NCBI GenBank assembly: GCA_030264375.1
Contig: JASCQW010000132.1
Span: forward strand, 82,496,217 to 82,560,216
Origin: Carcharhinus longimanus
Taxonomy: Eukaryota
Direction of reading: 5' to 3'
DNA length: 64,000 bases
The notes below the pieces were generated by a model, which worked only from the letters and a program-made list of their open reading frames with translations, was not told the origin of the DNA and made no database searches. The position numbers and the translations under genes were made by a program. Below, piece by piece: positions 48,071-61,215 of this stretch (the first letter of the stretch is position 1; every line of letters begins with the position of its first letter).

Positions 48071-48975
48071 GACTTTTCAAGTAGGCAGATGTTTTCCCTA
48101 GCAAGACTTGGTAAATTCATAGAAGCCAGTGGTGTTGATGCTTATATGCAATGTAGGTCAGTTAGGGAATTCAGGTCACAGTGTTCAGGCTGAAAAGAGA
48201 CACCAGCCACAAATCCAATTGCAGAGTGAGAGCGTCCCTAACTTACCACAAGAGGTTTTGGGGACCATTTTATCAGTGAGGTCAGTATAATCAAAAATAG
48301 GCAGGATAGACAACTGAAATATAGTGCAACTGGGCAGTGATTGTAAAGTGGACTTGATGTGATACAGAAAACCAAGTCTAGACTTGCCCTTGACCTTAGC
48401 TTGTAAAATGTTAATGTGGAAATTAAAAGTTAAATCAGCCAGATTCTGAGATATTTACAAGCGGAAACTTGATCAAGTTCAGAGTTATCAAGCATTAACA
48501 TTTTGAAAACTTTTTCCTACTAAGCAGCATAAAACTGGTTTCAGTTGAGTTCAGCAGAAGGTGAAGACGGAAAAGTGTTGTACATTAGCGAAACTGAGTT
48601 GCAAATCATGCAAAATAGAAAGATTGAATGGACTTGCAGAATATACGATTGTGTCATCTGCCTACAGATGGATAAAAGAGCACCCTGTTGCTTGAACAAG
48701 CTGTTGTGGAATTGGAAAGAAGAAATGTTCATTTAGTTTAAAAAAACTGAATTCAAGTTATAGACTGAAAATTCTGCCAAAGTATAATGGCAGTATGCGG
48801 CCCTGCTTTGCAAATGCTTTTGCAGATTGGGAAAAATAAATAAAAAGAGCAATTTATTTAAGATTTTCAATAAATCCCACTTCCCTGGCCTTGCACTCAC
48901 CAAAATAGAAGGGTACGGGGGGTGTCTTTTTCATCAGTAGTTAACATGCTTTGGTATTGCTCCTTTTTTTTTTAG

Positions 48976-49101
48976 CAATCTGCTGGACTATTCACTGATA
49001 GCCTGGAGCGTGATTTGTTTGATCCAGAACCCATGAAGGAACTGAGCAGCAAGCGGCCATTGGTGTCCTCTGAAATTAAATCCCAGAAAATCCTCTTGAA
49101 G
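48976..49101 (+). CDS. STK31: STK31 exon, start of kinase N-lobe (QSAGLFTDSLERDLFDPEPMKELSSKRPLVSSEIKSQKILLK)
   Basis: poly-T tract tag| ... aag|gtagta; 126 nt; ends at the beta3 lysine (ILLK). Confidence 0.95.
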
Positions 49102-49340
49102 GTAGTATTTGTTGGTGGGAGAGTTGTAACTTATTTGCATAATTCCCTTTAAATCTTTCGATGGAATATCCCATTCCTCCTCATTCCCCTCTCTCCCTCT
49201 AACCCAATCCCTCCAGGTTATTCCTGAATTGAAAAATAATGTGGATGTAGCTTTAACACTTGCTCTTATCGTTGCCATGGATTGCACTGCAATGTTTTTT
49301 TTCTGCTGTTTCCTGATGAGTGTTATATTCCTTTTATTAG

Positions 49341-49466
49341 GGCTATTCTGTAGATACTGCCACAGAAGGCAAAATGATAGAAAGAGCTGCAAAATATCAC
49401 CAAGCTTGGTCCGTGCTGAAGGAAGAATCTGGACTCCTACCTATTCTGTACCTGTTTGCTTGCAAG
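49341..49466 (+). CDS. STK31: STK31 exon (GYSVDTATEGKMIERAAKYHQAWSVLKEESGLLPILYLFACK)
   Basis: cttttattag| ... aag|gtgagt; 126 nt. Confidence 0.95.
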
Positions 49467-49489
49467 GTGAGTGACAAAAAAAAGCACCA

Positions 49490-49905
49490 TAATATTAAAC
49501 TAGGAGAAACAAAAGCAACAACAACTTCTAAGTGCACCGTGTGCTTAACATTAGTTGTAATTGGACAAAAACGGACGCTGAGATAAAGCACGGGATTTTG
49601 AAGAGGGTAACAAGATCTTCGTCAAAGAGGTGGGTCATAAAAGAGGGGAGAGAGGAGAAAATTCGAATGTGTAATTGAAGACATCTGTCAAGGTTGGGGT
49701 GAAGGAACGATTGGTGGCACAAGAGGTCAGAATTAGAGGAATCCCATTTTGGAAGAGTTTTAGGGTTAAAGAAACTTAGATGAGGAGGGTAAGGGTCATG
49801 TGGGGACCAGGATGAGAATTTGAAATTTGTTTTGAGGAACTGGAAGCCGATGTAGGCCAGCAAAAATCAGGGTGATAAGTGAGTGGAACTTGCTGCAGTT
49901 CAGAA
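49490..49905 (-). mobile_element. L2 3' end (continues at 51215-51900)
   Basis: Reverse complement of the L2 tail and C-terminus seen at 18080-18492. Confidence 0.55.
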
Positions 49906-49924
49906 TACAGATATCATAACTTTG

Positions 49925-51213
49925 AACATAGGAATTGGAGGTGGGCAATTCAGCCCTATAAGCCTGTTCCACCATTTAATCAGAATATACTCCAGGGCCT
50001 CAAATCCACCTCCCCACCTGTTCCCCACATCCCTTTTAATGTGTGTTTTTTTTTATTAGAAATGCATCTATCTATCTCCCTCTTGAAACCATTTAATGCT
50101 TCAGATTCCACTGCACTATGGGGCAGCGAGTCCCACAAATTCACCACCATCTGTGAGAAGTAATTCCTCCTCATCTCAGTTTAAAATCTACATCCTCACA
50201 ATCTATACCTGTGACCTCTTGTTCGAAATTGCTCCACAAGTGGAAACATTTGGTCTACCTTTACTTTATCAATCTCTTTTTAGCATTTTATATACTTCAA
50301 TCAGATCCCCTCTATCCTTCGAAATTCTGGTGAGTATAAGCCCAAACTGTTTAATCTCTCCTCATTTATCAACTCTTTCATCCCCAGGATCAATTTGGTG
50401 AACCTCCTCTGAACTGCCTCCAGTAGCACCACATCCTTCCTCAAATAAGGAGACCAAAATTGGACATACCATTGCTGATGTGGTCTTTCCACCACCTGTA
50501 CAATTGCAACAAAACTTCTCCAGTTTTATATTCCGGTCCTTTTGCAATAAATGCTAACATCTCATTTCGTTTTTTTAATTGCGTGCTGAACCGGCATACC
50601 GACTTTCTGTGATTCATGAACAAAGACACCCAGATCTGTTTGCCCGGATACATTTTAAATCTGCTTTCCATTTTAGATAATTTGTCTTTCCATTTTTTTT
50701 CTACCAAAATGGACAATCTCTCACAAATCCACATAAAACTCCATCTGCCAAATTCTGGCTCATTCACTGAATCTATCTATATCTGTCTGTAAAATCTTTA
50801 TCTCCTCTTCATTTGCCTGTTTTCCCACCTGTTTTAGTAGGTGGGAAATCATAGCAATGTTACACTCTGTCCCTGCTTGCAGATCATTTACAAAGATTAT
50901 AAACAGTTGAGGTCTGAAGACTGACCCCTGCAGCATCCTGCTAGTTACAGTTTGCCAGCCAGAGAAGGACCCATTTATCCTGACCCTGCACTTGTCAGTC
51001 AGCCAATCATCAATCCAATCGAGTACTGTACCCCCAATCCCATGTAATCTCACCTTCTTCTGGATCAGTTTTTTATGTGGCACCTGGTCAAACACCTTCT
51101 GGAAGTTTAGATATACCACATCCACAGATTTCCCCATTATTCACCTTGCTGGTTATGTCCTCAAAGAACTCAAGCATGTTTGTCAAGCATGACTTATCCT
51201 TAAAACCATGCTG
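49925..51213 (-). mobile_element. CR1 LINE (RT to 3' end) inserted in L2
   Basis: QHGFKDKSCLTNMLEFFED, VDVVYLNFQKVFDQVPH, VQFWSPYLRKDVVLLEAVQRRFTK. Confidence 0.88.
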
Positions 51214-52195
51214 ATAATGGGGAATCAAGCTTTGTCTTTCCAAACTGAACAGAAATTTACAGTGGATGGAGAATTGGATCTGAGCAGAAGTGCATTGAAT
51301 CTGGAAATAACATAAGTAGGGATAAGATTTCAGTAGCAAATAGGGGGAGGTGGATGATTACAGAGGTGAAAATAGGGGACCTTTTCTGATGGAGATGATA
51401 CAGGGTCTGAAGATCAGTTTGGAATCAAGGAGATATGGGAATGGAATTAGTGGTGAAGATACAGAGATTGTGATAAAGGCTCAGGATGATGGCTTCAGAC
51501 TTTCCAGTACTTAACCGGAGGAAACAGGCTTGACTAATTTGGATGTCAGACCAGTAATCCTATAATACACAACAAGGCAAGGGTCAAGGCAACAGAGAGA
51601 GAGAGAGAGAGATTACAGTGTTCCATCTGCTTACATGTAGAATCTAACCCCATTTGGATAATATTGTCTCTGGGCTGCATTAAAAAGGAGGGCACCATGT
51701 TTGATCCTTGGGGGGCTCAGATGTAAAGGTGAAGGGACAGAAAGACAAAATATTTTTGATGCTGTCATGGGCAGGATTGGAAACAATTCAGGGCAGTTCC
51801 AAGAAACAGTGGAGGGAAGGCATTAAAGGAGAATGGTGCTTTGTCCGTGTCAAAAGGGCAAGGAATGAAAATACACCACAATCAAAGTCACTGTCAATGG
51901 TAACTGATATAAATCAGAAATGTATATGGAAATACACAGCAGGTCTACCAATGCTGCTGAGTGAGGCTAATGTTCTAGTGGGGTACTATTAAAATACAAA
52001 AGTGTTTTTTCTGCACAAAGTGAGCTATGCAAAATATTAACCTGTCTTTTCATACATTGGATAATTGGTGTATTTTGATGTTGATAAATATATAGCTTAG
52101 TATCATTATTACAGTGAATTCTTTAATTGTAAAAATGTTATATTTGACCACCGATCATTTTTGTTGACTGAAATCCTATTTTGTACTTTCTCTAG

Positions 52196-52282
52196 TCTGA
52201 ACCAGTGACGTATGTCATGGTGCCATTTTATACAGGATGGTGTTTGAAAACAGTGCAGGCCACCAACCCTCTAATCTCAGAT
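52196..52282 (+). CDS. STK31: STK31 exon (SEPVTYVMVPFYTGWCLKTVQATNPLISD)
   Basis: ctttctctag| ... gat|gtgagt; 87 nt; kinase hinge region. Confidence 0.93.
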
Positions 52283-54841
52283 GTGAGTTCCATTTATTAA
52301 TCTTGATACCTAGGTAAAGTAAATGGGTTAATAATACTTCATGGGGCATTTCCATATACACTCAATACCCAGTGAGCTGAAAATAGGATTCAGTTGACTT
52401 CTAAAACCTCTTTCAGCACATCACGGCATTGAGAGATTTGATTCTCATAGTGAAAGCTGGAAACTGTCCAGAAGGTCTTTTAATGATATCATTAAAATCT
52501 TTATTATTGGTCAATTGAAACTTCAAACTCGGTTCAATTAACATTCACAGGGTAAACTGCCCTCCTCCTGGATGGTGAAGTTATCTACATGACTGTCTGT
52601 CTTGTTACGAAGAGCACGTGGAAAATTAGGTCTTTAATTCAACTTCTCCTCATAATNNNNNNNNNNNNNNNNNNNNNNNNNNNNNNNNNNNNNNNNNNNN
52701 NNNNNNNNNNNNNNNNNNNNNNNNNNNNNNNNNNNNNNNNNNNNNNNNNNNNNNNNTAATAAAATTCGACATTTAATTATTCCGTTTCCATATTAAAATC
52801 ATATTACATCAACCTCCATGTTGTAAAGTATTAACGCTTTGGAAATGATGCACAAGAGGCCACAAGATTGATGCAGTTGGAGAGTATTTCATTACACTCC
52901 TTACAAATGTTTTATTAGCGACTTAAATGACTTTGTGATTCGGGATGGAATTCATTCACATTTGAATATGTTCTGGTAGCCATGAAGTTTAGGTGACTCG
53001 TTTTGTTGAGTTTCTGGTCAGTGATGGCTCAATTGAGAATGCAGATGGTTGGAGATTAAGCAGTTGTAATGACATTGAACATCAAGAGGTGGTGTTTTGA
53101 TTCCTTTTTTTTATTGGAGGTTGCTGGGTGCTTGTGTGGTAGGAATGTTACTTGCCACTTAGCTGAAGCTCCTGGAGTTGATAGCCACAGAATGTGTGTA
53201 TGTAACGTAGCCAAACCGGTTATTATCAACCTGCAAATACTTCCAGTGGCAGTTCATAAGAGCAGGAGAGGTTCCTGGTCAGTCATGTTTGATGCATCGT
53301 GGCACCCTTCTACCTGCAGGCCTCCAGCTTAAAGTTCAGGTTAGCAATCTGTTCCAGGCAAAACAAGCTGCGGAAAACACTAAGTTTTTTTTCTTACTCG
53401 CATATCTTTAAAAGTCTTCTCAAGTCTAAATCTCTTTTACAATTGTTTCCTTGAATGCAGCCAGCAAAGGTGTTGGCTGCTTCAGCTCAGATTACCGTTG
53501 GGGCAAGTATTTAAAGCAGATACTGGGCTCTTGATTTTCATATGCAGGGATTCAGGACAGCCCTTGTTCCTCTTTTCCAATATGGTTGCTGATGCACTTC
53601 TGTCAGAAGGACAGGTGGGCGTTGGGCTTGCCATTTTAGGAGGCAACGGCAACATAGCACCTGGAAAATTTCTCGGTCTAGATATCTCAACTTGTGTATC
53701 GAAACATGATGTCGAACAAAAGCTTTCAGGTTCTGAGGATGTTGGGACAAAAATTCCTGCACACTGGCTCCATGGGTTTAGCACTTGGACTATATCATGA
53801 GATCAAATTCCGGCATAGCGGTTATGAAATTAAACTCAGCCTAGTAACTTATGGACCAATGCCAGAAAATGACTGCAGCATCTGGCAGATTGATGTAAAA
53901 ACCTACTAGTTCTGCAGCGTTTTTTTTAAGAGAAATGTATCTGCCACCACTTCAGTTTGACCTACGTGTGATTACAGTTTTAGGACTTCTGGTTGACTCT
54001 TAATGTTATCACAGCAACCGAGGATAGGTACTGCTTTGCCCACACCTCTCTCCCATCCCAAAACCAAATACAGCCTAGGTTTCGTCTAAACTGAATATGT
54101 ATCAACTCCCATGAGTTCGTAAGTGAGAGGCCATAAATTAACAAAGGAAGCAATAAGGATTAATGTTTGTAATGATAACATTAAAGTGGCAGCCATAATT
54201 GTCAAGCATTATTGGAATATTTTAATTAACTATATTCTAAAGTGATTTGTTTACATCAAACTTTTGCTCTTTTTTTCTCATTTTGATTTTTGATGCTTTG
54301 TTTTGTCAATCTGGGCACTAAATTTTGCCATAATCAATGTGCTTGCTGAAGAATTGCATTGTGCCACAAAATTGACTCAACACTTTTTTGAAGTAGCAGG
54401 TCCTATATTTTAGCAAATTAATATTAAGACTTGGAAATTGTTTTATACCTTTTTTGAAAATTGAGTTGTTTGGCACAGGCTTTGAGAGATTTATTTGGAA
54501 ATCTTGTTTCTTCTTCATGGTAACAGTTATGATGTAATATGGTTTTATTTAGTGTGTGATTAAAATGTCAGAATCTCCAATGCAGTTTATCTTGAAGATG
54601 GGCGTGGTATTTTGGGGATAATTTTGAGTTCAAGCTTTTTGTGAGGGACCTAATATTCCAGCAGTGTGCATGGGAAAACTGTGGGGAGATTGCCAATAAA
54701 TACTCTGTCCAAAATTAAATCAGTATAACAACAATTTCCAGCAGTGAATTCAGAAAATTACCCTACTAATTTCAATAAACTGATCTGGTTGCCTCATTAA
54801 AAATGTATTAAAGTGCGTTCAATCTGCATTTATGTTTGAAG

Positions 54842-54991
54842 GAAGTTAACAAAGTGATGCAAGGTGTGGCAAATGGTCTGCAGACTCTTCATAACTTGAA
54901 CATTGTTCATGGTGCACTTCATGCTCACAATGTGTTTGCTGTAAACCGTGAATGTGGAATTGTTGGAGACTTTGATTTTACCAAGACTGCT
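54842..54991 (+). CDS. STK31: STK31 exon, degenerate catalytic loop (EVNKVMQGVANGLQTLHNLNIVHGALHAHNVFAVNRECGIVGDFDFTKTA)
   Basis: atgtttgaag| ... gct|gtaagt; 150 nt; kinase subdomains VIa-VII. Confidence 0.96.
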
Positions 54992-55444
54992 GTAAGTAGT
55001 GCAACATTTGCTACAATTACATATTTTCTGAGAATTGCACCATAATATGTCTCTCTCTGTATTTAGCTATTTTTAAGCTGCTTGCACGATCATTCAAGGT
55101 GATGAAACAATAATCCACACCTGGTAGAGAAAACCCTGTTGATTTAACTCATCGGCAGAGCTAGTGCATTCACTTAACTAAACCTGATCATGATGAATCG
55201 GAACAGGCAAAAGATGGAACAAATAACATGGAAATTAGAAGGAAGCTTAAGTGTAGATTTACTAATTACCTTTTGCAAAGTGACAGTTAATGGGTGGTAT
55301 AATGCATTAATGCCACAGGAAAAACATTTTGAAGTCTTGTACACAGTAAAATTCCAGTCAAATGGGGCAAGGATGGTTTGTTAATACCTTCAGGAAAAGG
55401 TACGGAAGACAACAGGTATTGATTTAACTTCCATAATGAGAAAT

Positions 55445-57400
55445 GCAGGATTATTTGGCCAGCATTTGTTACCCATCCCTAATTGCCCTTGAGGTGGTGA
55501 GCTGCCACTTTGAACTTCTGCAATTCATGTGTAGGTACACTCCAGTGCTGATTTGGACCCAGCTGACGATCAAGAGTAGACTGATGGGGCAGTATCCCAC
55601 TTTTTTTGGACAGGACACACCTGGGCAATTTTCACATTGCAGGATAGATGCCAGCGTTGTAGCTGCACTGGAACAGCATAGATAAGGACGTAGCTAGTTG
55701 TGGAGCAGAAGCCTTCAGTATTATTGTCAGGGTCCGTAGCCTTTGCAATATCCAGTGTTTTCAGCTGTTTCCTAATATCACATGGAGTGAATAAAATTGG
55801 CTGAAGACTCGTGTCTTGCTGGGGACCTTGGGTGGAGGCTAAGATGGATCATCTACTCAACACGTCTGGTTGAAAATGGCTGCAAATGTTTTAGCCTTAC
55901 ATATTACACTGACGTGCTGGGTTCCCCCTATTATTCAGCTATTAACGTCGTTAATGTATCCCAGTCCATCCATGCAGACCTGCTTCCCATCCATTGTCTC
56001 TGTCTACACCTCCCGCTGCCTCGGAAAAGCAGCCAACATAATTAAGGACCTCATGGACATTCTCTCTCTCTCCAACTTTCTTTAGAAAAAAAGATTCAGA
56101 AGTCTGAGGTCACATACCAACCGACTCAAAAACAGTTTCTTCCCTGCTGCCACCAGACTTTTGAATGGACCTACCTTGCCCTAAGTTGATCTTTCTTTAC
56201 GTCCTGGCTATGACTGTAACACTACATTCTGCACTCTCCTTTCCCTCTATGAATGGTAGGCTTTGTCTGTACAGTGCACAAGAAACAACATTTTTCACTG
56301 TATTAATACATGTGAAATAAATCAAATCCTCCTTCAATTAGTTGTTTTAATTATCCACTACCATTTACAACTGTAGTTGGCAAGACTACAGAGCTCTGGG
56401 AAGCCATATAAATAACATCCATTGACACTTGTCCATTGGTCATCTTTTAGTTTTTTCAGTTGTGCATAGGATTTGGACATTGTTGGTGCAACCATCGTTT
56501 GTTGTCTTCCCCAATTGCTTTTGAGAAGTTACTGGCAACACATCATCTTGAACTGCTGTAGTGCAGGTGCTGAAAGTATTTCCACTACATTTAAATAAGG
56601 CGTTTTGGGAATTTGACCCAATAAAGATGGAGGAATGGCAATATGTTTCCAAGCATGGATGGTCTTGTGCACTGTGCAATCATTAGTGGGCACCTTACTT
56701 GTGACTTTATGATGAAGGGAAGGCTATCAGTGAAGCAGCTGAAGGACATTGGGCCAACCCTCAGGAACTCCTGCAATGATGTGGTGGGGCTGAGATCGTT
56801 GGCCTCCAACATTCACAGCCTTTGTGCTAGAAGTGACCCCAGTCAGAAAATTTGTCCAGTGATTACCACTGGCTTCAATTTAATAGCACTCCTCCATGCT
56901 ACACTCTGCCTTGATGTTGCGTTCAGTCACTTTGCTTCACCTCTAGAATTTGGCTCCTTTTTTCTACGTTTAGACTAGGGCTATACTAAAATCTGGAGTT
57001 GAGTGCTCCTTCTGAAACTTGACCTGAGCATCAAATCAGTAATTGTGGCTTAATAGCAATGTTCACAATACCTTCCATCACTTTGATGCTTGAGAGTAGA
57101 CTTATGGGGCACTAATCAGTTGGATACCGCCTATTTTAAGTGGTTAGGACATAGCTGTGCGATTTTTTTTTTCCAACTTCATTGAATTGACGCTAGTGTT
57201 GTAGCTGTGTTGGGGCAACATGTCTAGAGGTGCAGATAGTTTTGGAGCACAAATTTTTAGTACTACCACTTGGATATTCAGTGTTTTTAGCTGTTTCTTT
57301 ATCATATCTGTGGATTGATTGGCTGAACACTGGCATCTGTGACAATGGGACCTCAAAGGGGATGAGATGGAACATTCACTTGGCATTTCTGCAAAAAGTT
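55445..57400 (-). mobile_element. Family-B CR1-group LINE pieces, split by a Rex/Babar insertion
   Basis: VVLKICAPKLSAPL, QEFLRVGP..FSCFTDSLP; family-B tail at 55450 and 56480. Confidence 0.6.
55935..56328 (+). mobile_element. Rex1/Babar-clade LINE 3' end
   Basis: SVYTSRCLGKAANIIKD...RSHTNRLKNSFFPAATRLLN; tail aataaatcaaatc. Confidence 0.8.
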
Positions 57401-57469
57401 CAGCTGTGTCCAACATGTCCTCCTACCCTTCGCAAATCCATGCTGGCTGAAATTCTTCATGGTGTTTAG

Positions 57470-58560
57470 TCTTTAATCTTTAGACTTTTGCAATTCCCAA
57501 CTGGTCTGTAATTCTTGCGGTTTCCTGNNNNNNNNNNNNNNNNNNNNNNNNNNNNNNNNNNNNNNNNNNNNNNNNNNNNNNNNNNNNNNNNNNNNNNNNN
57601 NNNNNNNNNNNNNNNNNNNNNNNNNNNAATCAGGAAAATTTTACAATATTCTCACTGACTTGCTTTAAATTTCTGGTTGGAAACAAACTCATTTTGGAGA
57701 TTTGTCACTTAATTTAGTAACAATTTTCTTCATTACTGTTACTTTGCTGACATTTTTGGGAGGCTTCCTGTCTCTCATTCAACTTTAATTTCCTTGGCAT
57801 ATCCAGTATATAAAATTATTTTTCTATTGTTAATATTGATGCAAAATAATGATTCCGTTTGTAGCTGTTTGGTAGTACAATATTCAACATTTCTGGTTTT
57901 TATTTTCATTGACCATATAATGTTCTCACTTTTCAAGGGACCTACATTATTCCTGACCACAATGTTTTCTCCTAAAATAATTGTAAAACATTTTGTGCTG
58001 ATTTAGGTATCTCTTAAATTTATTTCCATACTCCTTTTTTGTTGCTGTTGCTATCTGTTTTGTCACTGTTTATCTGTATTTTTTCCAGTTGATAAGATGT
58101 GTGCTAACTTCTGTATTTTTTGTCCACTTTTTCAGTTAGTTTTATGTTGTCCATAGCTTTTTTTTTAAGGAGGTGAGTAGACTTGATCACTTACAGTATA
58201 AATTGATTTCTATATTGCATTAAATTCTCCTTTGAACATCTCCTCTAACTGATCTTCTGCTACTTTATCCATCAATAGATTTGCTCCAATAATAGTCTCT
58301 GCCTCATCCCATTGAAGTGGAGATGCCGGCGTTGGTCTGTGGTAAACACAGTAAGAAGTCTCTCAACACCAGATTAAAGTCCAACAAGTTGGACAAACTT
58401 GTTGGACTTCTTACTGTGTTCATCCCATTGAAGTCAGCCTTACTTAAAACTAGAATCTTGATAGCTGTTTCACAATTTTCCCTTTTTGTTTGAGATCCAG
58501 TGTTGAATTCAATTGTATATGATCTCGATTAGATCAATATTAAATTATCCTGAATGCACT
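57470..58560 (-). mobile_element. Highly decayed CR1 fragment
   Basis: MVRNNVGPLKSE-like remnant. Confidence 0.45.
58319..58419 (+). mobile_element. Internally deleted palindromic Penelope-derived element with 15-bp flanking direct repeat
   Basis: ggagatgccggcgttgg...aagaagtctctcaacacc; tcatcccattgaagt at 58304-58318 and 58420-58434. Confidence 0.7.
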
Positions 58561-58704
58561 TGACTTTCATTGTTCTGAATCCAGGAAGACTGCTGCTGCG
58601 TACTATTGCTGCAATTCTAAACAAGGAGAATTGAACACTGGGTGGGGGGGCAAAGGGAGGACTCTAGGGTCACAGATGTGGTGGTGGAAGTGGGCAGGAG
58701 GAGT

Positions 58705-59832
58705 CAGAGTCAGAGGTTTACAGCATGGAAACAGGCCCTTCGGCCCAACTTGTCCATGACGCCTTTTTTTTTCAAACCCCTAAGCTAATCCCAATTGCTT
58801 GCATTTGACCCATATCCCTCTATACCCATCGTACCCATGTAACTATCTAAATGCTTTTTAAAGACAAAATTGTACCCACCTCTATGACTACCTCTAGTAG
58901 CTTGTTCCAGACACTCACCACTCTGTGAAAAAATTGCCCCATTGTACACTTTTGTATCTCTCCCCTCTCACTTTAATCCTATGCCCCCTACCTTGGGAAA
59001 AGAATTTGACTATCTAGTTGATTTGTGCTCCTCATTATTTTATAGACCTCTATAAGATCACCCCTCGGCCTTCTATGCTCCAGAGGAAAAGAGTCCCAGC
59101 CTATCCAGCCTCTCCTTATAATTCAAACCTTCAAGACCCGATAGCATCCTAGTAAATCTTTTCTGCACTCTCTCTAGTCTAATAATATCCTTTCTATAAT
59201 AGGGTGACCAGAATTGCACACAGTATTCTAAGTGTGGCTTTACCTTGTACAATTTCAACAAGACATCCCAGCTCCTGTATTCAATGTTCTGACCGACGAA
59301 ACCGAGCATGCCAAATGCCTCCTTCACCACTCTGTCCACTTGTGATTCCACTTTCAATGAGCTATGAACATGTATCCCTAGATCTTTGTTCTGTAACTTT
59401 CCCCAGTGCCCTATCATTAAGTCCTACCCCTAGTTCAATCTACCAAAATGCATCATTTGTCTAAATTAAACTCCATCTGCCATTCGTCAGCCCACTGGCC
59501 CAGTTGATCAAGATCCCGTNNNNNNNNNNNNNNNNNNNNNNNNNNNNNNNNNNNNNNNNNNNNNNNNNNNNNNNNNNNNNNNNNNNNNNNNNNNNNNNNN
59601 NNNNNNNNCTATGCCACCAATCTTGGTGTCATCTGCAAACTTACTAACCATGCCTCCTATATTCTCATCCAAATCATTAGTATAACTGACATAGGCCTCC
59701 AGTTTGGAAAACAACCCTGTACAACCACTCTCTGGTTTCTATCAAGAAGCCAATTTTGTGTCCATTTAGATACTCACCCTGGATCCCATGAGATTTAACC
59801 TTGTGCAACAGCCTACCATGCGGTACCTTGTC
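58705..59832 (-). mobile_element. CR1/HER1 LINE (RT to 3' end)
   Basis: SKFADDTKIGG; KPHLEYCVQFWSPYYRKDIIRLERVQKRFTRML. Confidence 0.9.
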
Positions 59833-59834
59833 AG

Positions 59835-60435
59835 AGTTGCCGTGCTATTGCAAAAAGTGAGAAGGCCCACAAGAACTTCTCTCAGGATTAGGAGCAGGTG
59901 GCCAGGGATCAGTTCCTGTCACCTAGACCAAAGAACCTGGCAGCAGTGCTTCATGTTTCTGCTCAGGGACATGTATTCACCATTCGACCAGCCCCTCACT
60001 CTGCATATGCAACACGCAAGAGGGGCGCCATTCCACTCCACATCATGCACAGCACACAATAGCATTGGACTGACACTTGTATTTGCTGAGCCCTATAGAG
60101 ATGGTTTTCCATATCACAAGGCCAGCTGTGACAGCCTGTGGAATTCAGCATTGCTGAGAACATTGAGGATGTTACTGTCGTTTTACCCCCGCTCAACTCC
60201 CAATCCATCCTGCTAGCTGACATGATTGAGTTTAGAGAGGTTGTCTCCAAGAACCTCTTCCTTTCTGACCCATGCCTTTTTCCATCATCCAACTTTCCTC
60301 CTTTGATTTCCTGCTTTCAGACAGCCAAGAACCACCATGTCACAGTATTCCTAGGAGGAGGAAAAGAGGGACCAATAGTGCAGCATTCTCATCACTTGAT
60401 CTCACACTTGCATTGCAGCTGTCAGCTCAGATACT
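59835..60435 (+). mobile_element. Probable Harbinger Myb/SANT gene remnant
   Basis: EQVARD...QRTWQQC motif at ~59890-59950, parallel to 10350-10430. Confidence 0.4.
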
Positions 60436-60439
60436 GGTA

Positions 60440-61215
60440 CTGCATGCACCTTGAAGACTAATAGGATTCAGATGTTCCCTCGCACAACATCTCATCCCAT
60501 TTCCACAGTATCTTGCCATGCAATTCCAGTTCACACCGTCCAAGGCCCCAAATACTCCTTCCAATTGAAGCAGCAATTTACTGGTACGTTCTGTTTACAG
60601 TATTTGCTGCTCACAACGCAGTCTCCTCTACACTGGGGAGACCAAACGCTTTGGGGAACTTTGCCACTCAGCCCTTGAGCATAACCCCAAGCTGCAGGTA
60701 GCTTGCCATTTTAATTCTCCACTTTCCTCTCACCCCCATGTTTCTGTCCTCTTCCTGCTGCAGTGTTCTAGTAAAGCTCAATGGGCAGCACCTCATCTTA
60801 GTCAACATTGAGTTCAATAACTTCAGACTTTGAACTGTCACTCGTTTTAATCCTGAACTTTTGCAGTATGTGCTGGTGTTAATCTTGTTTTTCATTTTTT
60901 GCTTTCTCACTGAGCTGTTTATTATTTTACAATTCACCTTCGCTCTGGAACAATGCTTAGTCTCTTTACTGCAACCATTACCATGTTCCATGATAGCTTT
61001 GTCATTCAACCTCTTCCATCTTCTACCCTATCCCAGATCTTCCCTTTTGTTCTACTACCCCCTTCCCTCTTTCAATATCATAAACCCATCATATTTCTAC
61101 CTTCCTTCAGCTCTGAAGAAGAATCACATTCAACTTGAAACAACCCTCTTTCTGTCTCCACAGATGCTGCTGACCTGCTGAGTATTTCGAGCACTTTGTT
61201 TTTTGTTCCCCATTT
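60440..61215 (+). mobile_element. Penelope-like element 3' part (GIY-YIG remnant plus terminal repeat)
   Basis: QGPKYSFQLKQQFTGT...CSQRSLLYTGETKRFGE; terminus tctccacagatgctgctgacctgctgagtatttc. Confidence 0.72.

Noticed and set aside
47506-48193. Long ORFs of about 200 aa, also at 22713-23405
   Set aside because: Their length is inflated by N runs.
48545-48736. 63-aa ORF after a tttcag acceptor, as a possible extra STK31 exon
   Set aside because: Ends in a stop with no fitting donor, and the flanking exons already join colinearly.
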